In this document: piece by piece, positions 55,044 through 61,468 of the stretch
Layout: every line of letters begins with the position of its first letter
How positions within the stretch are numbered: the first letter of the stretch is position 1
Source: a virus
IMG/VR virus record: IMGVR_UViG_3300037484_000491
Span: 1-64,000 of that record
DNA: 64,000 nucleotides
Direction: 5' to 3' (one strand)
Notes under the pieces: model-generated
The model's database searches: none
What the model saw: the letters and a program-made list of their open reading frames with translations, nothing else
What the model was told of the DNA's origin: nothing
Program-made: the position numbers and the translations under genes

Positions 55044-56351
55044 ATGAATACAAAAACAGAATTGCAAGTAGTAGGAAACGAACTTATCAAAGTAATGGAT
55101 CTTTATGACAAAGATGAAAATGGAGACAGGGTAGATATATCTTTACCAGAAAATGAAAAAGAGCTTGAAAAGTTTATCAAAACAGCAATGGATCAGATTG
55201 ACCCTGTTCTTGACTCGTTCACAAAGAAAACTTTAAAAATTCTTAAAGAGTATGGATGTGATATTTCAGTTTTGAAAGAAGCACCTACGGAAGCAAACAC
55301 CATTGAACAGGAAATTGAAAATGCAGAAACTTTAAAAGAACTTAAAGAAATTGCTCAATCTGAATTCCAGTTTAAATCAATTCGGGGAAAACTTGCAAGT
55401 TTTAAGGACATTGATAAGTTGCGAAAAGAAATGATGTGGCTTTTTACTGATGCAAAGCCAACAAAAGTAAAAGAACATGAATTGTTTTTAGAAAAAGAAG
55501 AAACTCAGGAGGAGGTTGCAGAAAGACTGCATGAAAAACTTGAAAAGAAAGAAATTAAAAAGTCAAAAATTGAAAAGGTAAAAGAAGAAGTTGCAGATGA
55601 AGATGAGAATTATCCTGATGACACGGAACTTCTTGGGCTTGGGACAATGAAAACAGAAGATATTGTTACAATAAAACCTTTTAACAGTTTATTTTCAATT
55701 GATGATAAGGTATTTGATGCTGTGTTGAAGGACATGGAAGACAATGGATATGACTACGCCTTTCCTATTATTGTATGGGGTGATGTTGTGATAGATGGTC
55801 ATACAAGGCTTGAAGCAGCGGAAGTCTGCAAAATAGCAGAAATTCCTATTCTCAGGAAAGAGTTCAAAGATGAAAAAGAGGCATTGGAGTATGCTATTCA
55901 TAACCAGAGGGACAGGAGAAACGTATCTGATGCTGAACTTCTCAGGTGCATTGAAGCTATTGATGCTCCGATGACTAAAAAAGAGGCAGGTGCAAAGGGG
56001 GGAGCAAGCAAATCAGAAGTTAAGAAAGCTTCTGAACCGGTGAAATCACATAAAGAAACAGCTAAGAAACTTGGAGTAGGTGAAACTAAAGTAACGGATG
56101 CAAGAGTTGTCTTGGTTGATGAAGAGGCAAGAAAAGAAGTTGAAAGTGGAAAGAAGACAATTTCAAAAGCTGCAAAAGAAGTAAGGGAGAAGAAAGCTGT
56201 TGATAAACCTGCAAAAGCAAAACCTGAAAAGAAAAAGTTACCAAAAACTAAAAAAGAGTTTAAGAAGTTTCTTGAAGATTTCTTAAGAATAGTAGTTGAA
56301 TTTGGTGATGCAATTGATATTGAAGGGTATCTTAAAGAGTTTGAGGAGTAG
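55044..56351 (+). CDS. ParB/Srx-domain protein with C-terminal HTH and long acidic N-terminal region
   Basis: IVWGDVVIDGHTRLEAAEVCKIAEIPI (ParB N-domain DGHHR-type motif) and ETAKKLGVGETKVTDARVVL (HTH). Confidence 0.7.
   Translation: MNTKTELQVVGNELIKVMDLYDKDENGDRVDISLPENEKELEKFIKTAMDQIDPVLDSFTKKTLKILKEYGCDISVLKEAPTEANTIEQEIENAETLKELKEIAQSEFQFKSIRGKLASFKDIDKLRKEMMWLFTDAKPTKVKEHELFLEKEETQEEVAERLHEKLEKKEIKKSKIEKVKEEVADEDENYPDDTELLGLGTMKTEDIVTIKPFNSLFSIDDKVFDAVLKDMEDNGYDYAFPIIVWGDVVIDGHTRLEAAEVCKIAEIPILRKEFKDEKEALEYAIHNQRDRRNVSDAELLRCIEAIDAPMTKKEAGAKGGASKSEVKKASEPVKSHKETAKKLGVGETKVTDARVVLVDEEARKEVESGKKTISKAAKEVREKKAVDKPAKAKPEKKKLPKTKKEFKKFLEDFLRIVVEFGDAIDIEGYLKEFEE
56007..56025 (+). repeat. 28-nt dispersed motif, copy 5 (partial: first 19 nt exact, 22/24 overall) inside the ParB-like CDS
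   Basis: agcaaatcagaagttaaga|aagct versus agcaaatcagaagttaaga|ctgct. Confidence 0.85.
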
Positions 56352-56352
56352 T

Positions 56353-56634
56353 ATGAAAAACTTATTAATTTTTAGTTTGTTAATGTTTCTTTTTTCTTGT
56401 GAAAAAGATGAACCTGTTTGCTGGGTGTGTAAAGTGGATTCTATTACAATGATAGATGGTGTTATTGTAGGTCACTTATCTACACTGACACATCCTTGTG
56501 ATATTTCAGTAGAAGATATTTTCTTTTATGAGGAAAGAGGCTCCACTACTACTAAAATTGATAAATTACAGAGTGGGTATATTTGTATCTATAATGTAGA
56601 AGTTCAGTCAGTTACAAATTGTAAGAAAAAATAA
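56353..56634 (+). CDS. small lipoprotein (93 aa)
   Basis: MKNLLIFSLLMFLFSCEKDEP: signal peptide, lipobox-like LFSC, acidic residues after Cys+1. The start is moved from the track start 56296 to ATG 56353, just after the ParB stop. Confidence 0.5.
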   Translation: MKNLLIFSLLMFLFSCEKDEPVCWVCKVDSITMIDGVIVGHLSTLTHPCDISVEDIFFYEERGSTTTKIDKLQSGYICIYNVEVQSVTNCKKK

Positions 56635-56997
56635 TTAGGAAAAGTTCTTTGATATTAAAATAATTTGTTTACATTTGCCCCCATAATTGTGTTAGCACCA
56701 CAAAATTGGAGAAAAATGAAAAATGTAATTAGGCAAAATATTGCCTCTGTCAAAGTCCAAGCTCTTATAAGTCTAAACTCCTTATTTGTGGTGCTACTTG
56801 GACACGACAGAGGTTCTTAAAACTACCAATCAACTTTGGTAGAGTCAAAGCCAAATATCAAAAGATACACTTACAAGAAACCAATGTTTGGAACAGACAA
56901 TGAAATTAAAATGTTTTTCTGGTTGCTTCTTTTTCTTCTTTTCTTTTTGTCCTTTTTCTTTTCTTCTTTTTCTAAAAAAGTTTAAGAATTAAAGTAT

Positions 56998-57954
56998 ATG
57001 TTTGAAATAAATAAAATATATAACGAGAATTGTTTAACAACAACAAAAAGAATTTCTGACAATTCTATTGATTGCATCATAACTTCACCCCCTTATTGGC
57101 AATGCAGAGATTATGGTTATTCTGAACAATGGGGGTTAGAACCAACTTTTCAAAAATATTTAGAACATTTTTGGCAATTTATGGATGAGGCTTACAGGAT
57201 TTTAAAACCAAAAGGAACTTGTTTTATTAATTTGGGGGATACATATAATACCAAATCAGGGAATATGAATCCGGAAAATCATAAAGATACAATAAATGTT
57301 TGTATGAATAATTCTTTAATTTCAAAAAATATTTACACCAAAGATAAAAATTTACCAAATAAATGCCTTTTGCTTCTTCCACACAGGTTTGCTATAGGTT
57401 GTATTGATAGGGGTTGGATAATGAGAAATGATATAATTTGGGCAAAAAGAAATGGTATGCCTGAAAGTGTAACAGACAGGTTCTCTAAAAAACATGAGTA
57501 TTTCTTTTTTATGGTTAAGTCTGAAAAATATTATTTTGATTTAGATTCTATCAAGGATCAAACAACAACAAAAGATAAAAGTATAAGAAACAGGGATATT
57601 ACAAAATTAAATAATACTCCCGGCAGAACAAAAATGAAGGGGTTGAAAGAAAATAATTATGATTTTAAAAATCCCGGTTCTGTTTCTGATTTTTGGGATA
57701 TACCCACACAACCAAATTCAGAAGAACATTATGCAAGTTATAATGAAATGTTATTGAAAAAACTTGTTTTAGGGGGTTGTCCTGAGGGTGGTGTAATTTA
57801 TGACCCTTTTATAGGCTCAGGTGAAACAGCAATAACAGCAATTCGATATAAAAGACAATTTCTTGGTTCTGATGGAAATAAAAAATATTGCAGAATAGCA
57901 GAACGAAGAATAGAACAACATTTAGCACGTCCAAAATCTTTTTTTAATATATAA
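56998..57954 (+). CDS. DNA N6-adenine/N4-cytosine methyltransferase (beta class, SPPY)
   Basis: IITSPPYW catalytic motif N-terminal, and a C-terminal SAM motif VIYDPFIGSGET. Confidence 0.8.
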   Translation: MFEINKIYNENCLTTTKRISDNSIDCIITSPPYWQCRDYGYSEQWGLEPTFQKYLEHFWQFMDEAYRILKPKGTCFINLGDTYNTKSGNMNPENHKDTINVCMNNSLISKNIYTKDKNLPNKCLLLLPHRFAIGCIDRGWIMRNDIIWAKRNGMPESVTDRFSKKHEYFFFMVKSEKYYFDLDSIKDQTTTKDKSIRNRDITKLNNTPGRTKMKGLKENNYDFKNPGSVSDFWDIPTQPNSEEHYASYNEMLLKKLVLGGCPEGGVIYDPFIGSGETAITAIRYKRQFLGSDGNKKYCRIAERRIEQHLARPKSFFNI

Positions 57955-57958
57955 AATT

Positions 57959-58969
57959 ATGATCATCAACAAAAATGAACTTTTACAAGCGTTGGAGACA
58001 GTAAAACCAGGTCTCTCAGACAAAAACATCATTGAACAGTCAACTTCATTTGCTTTCTTAAAAGAGAAAGTTGTGACGTACAACAATGAATTGAGCATCA
58101 GTTCTCCTTTAGCGAATTGTAAAATTGAAGGTGCAATAAAAGCTGACAAACTTTATGCTTTTCTTGGCAAAATTAAAAAAGATGAACTTGATCTTTCCAT
58201 AAAAGGCAATGAAGTTATTCTTACAACTGGAAAAGCAAAAGCAGGTTTGCCCCTTCAATCTGAGATAACTCTCCCACTTGAAGAAGTGGATGAAAAAAAG
58301 AAGTGGCATCCTATCCCTGAGAATTTCATAAAGTTCTTATCTTTTGCAATGGCCAGTTGCAGCAAGTCTCAGGCTACACCTGTTTTGCAAAATGTTCATG
58401 TCACAAAAGATGGGAAAATAGAGGCTTCAGACAACTACCGGATGGTGCAATGCACGTTAAAAGAAGGATTGCCGGTAAAGGACTTTTTGATACTTGCAAG
58501 GTCTGCTGTGGAAGTTGTGAAATTGCAACCTACTCAGATTTCTGAAGGAAAAGCATGGGTTCACTTTAAAACAGAAAAAGAAACTGTGATCAGTTGCAGG
58601 ATAGTAGAAGATAAATTTCCAAACATACCACCCCTACTAAAAGTAGAAGGGGAAACAATAGTTTTTCCAAAGACGATAGAAGAAGTCTTGGATAGGGCTA
58701 TGGTGTTTTCTAAGAGAGAAAAGATGCTTGATGAGAGTATTACTATTACTTTGGCAGAAAAGAGGCTTAAAATACGTGCTGAGAGTGATTCCGGGTGGTT
58801 TGAAGAAGATTTAAATATGAATTATAAGGGGCAACCTTTGAAGATAAATGTCACCCCTTATTTGCTTAAAGGGATAATCTCTGAAACTCTTGAATGTGTA
58901 ACAAACGGGAAGTTGATGAAGTTTGTGGGGGATGGTTGGTGTTATGTAACTGCATTGAGGGGTCAGTAA
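57959..58969 (+). CDS. DNA polymerase sliding clamp (beta-clamp-like) candidate
   Basis: 336 aa. N-terminal LLQALETVKPGLSDKNIIEQSTSFAFL...NNELSIS and a mid-protein IEASDNYRMV (compare ATDGHRLA of DnaN). Confidence 0.55.
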   Translation: MIINKNELLQALETVKPGLSDKNIIEQSTSFAFLKEKVVTYNNELSISSPLANCKIEGAIKADKLYAFLGKIKKDELDLSIKGNEVILTTGKAKAGLPLQSEITLPLEEVDEKKKWHPIPENFIKFLSFAMASCSKSQATPVLQNVHVTKDGKIEASDNYRMVQCTLKEGLPVKDFLILARSAVEVVKLQPTQISEGKAWVHFKTEKETVISCRIVEDKFPNIPPLLKVEGETIVFPKTIEEVLDRAMVFSKREKMLDESITITLAEKRLKIRAESDSGWFEEDLNMNYKGQPLKINVTPYLLKGIISETLECVTNGKLMKFVGDGWCYVTALRGQ

Positions 58970-59581
58970 ATGGAAGGCTTCTTCACAATCAAAGATACCC
59001 AATCAATTTCACAAATTAATGGTCGTTCACTTTCCTGTGCTTCTTGTGGATTATATCAGCATTGCACAAGTCCAAGAATGAAGCCTTATGGCAACTTCAA
59101 AAAGGGTATTTTAAATATTGGGGAATTTCCAATTGATGCAGATGACAAATTGAATATACCATTTCAGGGAAGAACAGGTAAATTTTTGCAAAACACTTAT
59201 AGCAAACTTGGAATTGATTTATTTGAAGACTGCCTCAATATGAATGCTGTTAAATGTTATTCTAACAAACCTCCTACAAACTATCAGGTGGACTGTTGCC
59301 GGGGACTCGTGTTAAAAACTATCCATGAATATAAGCCAAAAGTTATTATCCTGTTTGGAAACATTGGAGTTTACAGTTTGATAGGGTCCAGGTGGAAGAA
59401 AGACTTGGGCATTATTGCAAAGTGGAGGGGTTGGACTATTCCTGATCAGGATTTGCAAACCTGGGTTTGTCCTGTTTTTACTCCGAGTTATGTAGAGGGT
59501 GCTTTGGAGAAAGACAGGTATTGTGTGGAAGAAGTTATTTGGAAAAATGATCTAAAACAAGCATTTGAATTGATATGTTAG
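58970..59581 (+). CDS. uracil-DNA glycosylase superfamily (family 4-like) protein
   Basis: CASCGLYQHC Cys cluster, then GILNIGEFPIDADDKLNIPFQGRTGKFL (compare GEAPGxxEDxxGxPFVGxAGxLL) and NAVKC. Confidence 0.6.
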   Translation: MEGFFTIKDTQSISQINGRSLSCASCGLYQHCTSPRMKPYGNFKKGILNIGEFPIDADDKLNIPFQGRTGKFLQNTYSKLGIDLFEDCLNMNAVKCYSNKPPTNYQVDCCRGLVLKTIHEYKPKVIILFGNIGVYSLIGSRWKKDLGIIAKWRGWTIPDQDLQTWVCPVFTPSYVEGALEKDRYCVEEVIWKNDLKQAFELIC

Positions 59582-60372
59582 AATTAAATAAAATATATAA
59601 TGAGGATTGTTTAATTACAATGGCAGGGATGCCAGATAATTATATTGATATGATTTTTACTGATCCCCCTTATGGGCATAATAATAATAATAATGGGGAT
59701 ATGGCCTCCCGATGGGAGTCCATATTTGAGGGCAAGAAGGATAAATATATACCCGAAAAAGATTGGCGACCTATTGCAAATGATGGCATAGAGGCAAATG
59801 ATTTAATACAAAAATGTTTTAAAGAATGGTACAGAATATTAAAACCGGGGAGCTGCTGCTGCTGCTGCTGCTGCGGCGGCGGCGGCCCTGATCCACAATT
59901 TGCGAGATGGTCGCTTTGGTTAGATGAGGCTTTTAATGGTGGATTTAAGCACATGATAATATGGGATAAAGGGCCAATGGGTATGGGGCATCATTATAGA
60001 AGAAGTTATGAAACTATACTTGTGGCACAAAAGAAAGGAGCAGCCTGTAAATGGTATGCAAATAGCAAAAATATTGAAAATGTTATCCGGCCTGGAATGT
60101 ATGGAATAGGTAAAATAATACCACAAGCAAATCAACATCCAACTGAAAAACCAAGTACACTTGCTAAATTATTTATTAAACTACATTCACAAGAAAATGA
60201 TATAATTTATGATCCTTTTGTTGGTAGTGGATCTACTTTGCAAGCTGCTATTGAATTGGATTGTAATTGGATAGGCTCAGAAATAGATCAAAAATATTGT
60301 GAAGAAGCAAATAAAAGAATTAGAATAATTTTAAGTCGTATTAAACCTTTTTTTAAAGAAAGAATATTATAA
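59575..60372 (+). CDS. DNA N6-adenine/N4-cytosine methyltransferase (DPPY) containing a Cys7-Gly4 run
   Basis: IFTDPPYG catalytic motif and a C-terminal IIYDPFVGSGST SAM motif; RILKPGSCCCCCCCGGGGPD. Confidence 0.8.
   Translation: MLELNKIYNEDCLITMAGMPDNYIDMIFTDPPYGHNNNNNGDMASRWESIFEGKKDKYIPEKDWRPIANDGIEANDLIQKCFKEWYRILKPGSCCCCCCCGGGGPDPQFARWSLWLDEAFNGGFKHMIIWDKGPMGMGHHYRRSYETILVAQKKGAACKWYANSKNIENVIRPGMYGIGKIIPQANQHPTEKPSTLAKLFIKLHSQENDIIYDPFVGSGSTLQAAIELDCNWIGSEIDQKYCEEANKRIRIILSRIKPFFKERIL
59854..59886 (+). repeat. trinucleotide microsatellite (TGC)7(GGC)4 inside the methyltransferase CDS
   Basis: Direct reading. Confidence 0.95.
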
Positions 60373-60977
60373 TGATTCCATTTCCTGTTTACAAAGAGCC
60401 AACAATAGAAGTTATAGACGACTTGTATATCCTGACTAATATAAAAAATGGGCAAACTATTGCCTTTGATTTTGAAACTACCGGTTTAAAAAGTCAGGCA
60501 GCAGGACAGAGGATAATTTGTTGTTCTGTTGCAGTGAGTGAGAATCACGTTTACGTGTTTATGATGCCTAAAACTCCAAAAGAAAGGCAACCATTGATAA
60601 ATGTTTTGAAGAACCCAGAAATATTTAAAGTTGTCCAAAATTCAAAATTTGAACATTCCTGGTCACAGGTGAGATTAAATGTAGAAGTTCAGGGGTGGAT
60701 TTGGGACACAATGATAATGGCACATATTTTGGATAATAGAGAACGGATAACATCTTTGCAATTTCAAACGTATGTGCAGTTTGGTTGCATAGATTTCAAA
60801 GATGATACTCAAAAGTATCTTGAAGCAGATAAAAAAGATGGTAATGCAATAAATAAGATTTTTGAGTTGCTTGAACTTCCGGGTGGCAAAGAGAAACTTT
60901 TAAAAAGAAATGCTTTAGATAGCATTTTTGAATATAGGCTTTATAAACAACAGGAATTACAACTTTTACCTTTCTAA
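60372..60977 (+). CDS. 3'-5' exonuclease (DnaQ/PolA proofreading domain) as a separate gene
   Basis: IAFDFETTGL (ExoI), VQNSKFEHSW (ExoII-like), ALDSIFEYRLY (ExoIII-like). Confidence 0.65.
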   Translation: MIPFPVYKEPTIEVIDDLYILTNIKNGQTIAFDFETTGLKSQAAGQRIICCSVAVSENHVYVFMMPKTPKERQPLINVLKNPEIFKVVQNSKFEHSWSQVRLNVEVQGWIWDTMIMAHILDNRERITSLQFQTYVQFGCIDFKDDTQKYLEADKKDGNAINKIFELLELPGGKEKLLKRNALDSIFEYRLYKQQELQLLPF

Positions 60978-60979
60978 TT

Positions 60980-61468
60980 ATGATAAGATTACATAATTCA
61001 AATATTGAATTAATTGATTTAAATAGAAAATATGCACAAAAGGGACTTATTTTTAAACCAAAAGGAGTGTGGTATTCAATAGATAATGAATGGTTAGATT
61101 GGTGTATTAATGAAATGCCACATTGGATAAAACAAAATATTTTTGATTTAGAAATAGACATAAATCAAATTTTAAATCTTAAAACAAAAAAAGATGTGCT
61201 TTTATTTAATAAAAAATATAAAACAACACCTTTTAATGAAAAATATATCTCATATATTGATTGGGAATTAGTTTCAAATGAATATAAAGGCATTGAAATT
61301 CAAAATTATCATCAAATTAAGTGGGGAATAACTGATAAAATCTGGCCTACTTGGTTTTATGGTTGGGATATATCCGGAGGTTGTCTATGGGATTTGTCTG
61401 TGATAAAAGGTATTAAAAAAATGAAAACCTCAGAAGAATATTTAAAACTTTTAATTGTTAATGATTGA
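60980..61468 (+). CDS. hypothetical Trp-rich protein (162 aa) between the exonuclease and polymerase genes
   Basis: ORF track. Confidence 0.45.
   Translation: MIRLHNSNIELIDLNRKYAQKGLIFKPKGVWYSIDNEWLDWCINEMPHWIKQNIFDLEIDINQILNLKTKKDVLLFNKKYKTTPFNEKYISYIDWELVSNEYKGIEIQNYHQIKWGITDKIWPTWFYGWDISGGCLWDLSVIKGIKKMKTSEEYLKLLIVND

Noticed and set aside
59854-59886. The (TGC)7(GGC)4 tract as an on/off phase-variation switch
   Set aside because: Triplet units keep the reading frame, so slippage would change length, not switch expression off. It is retained as a lower-interest finding on in-frame variability.
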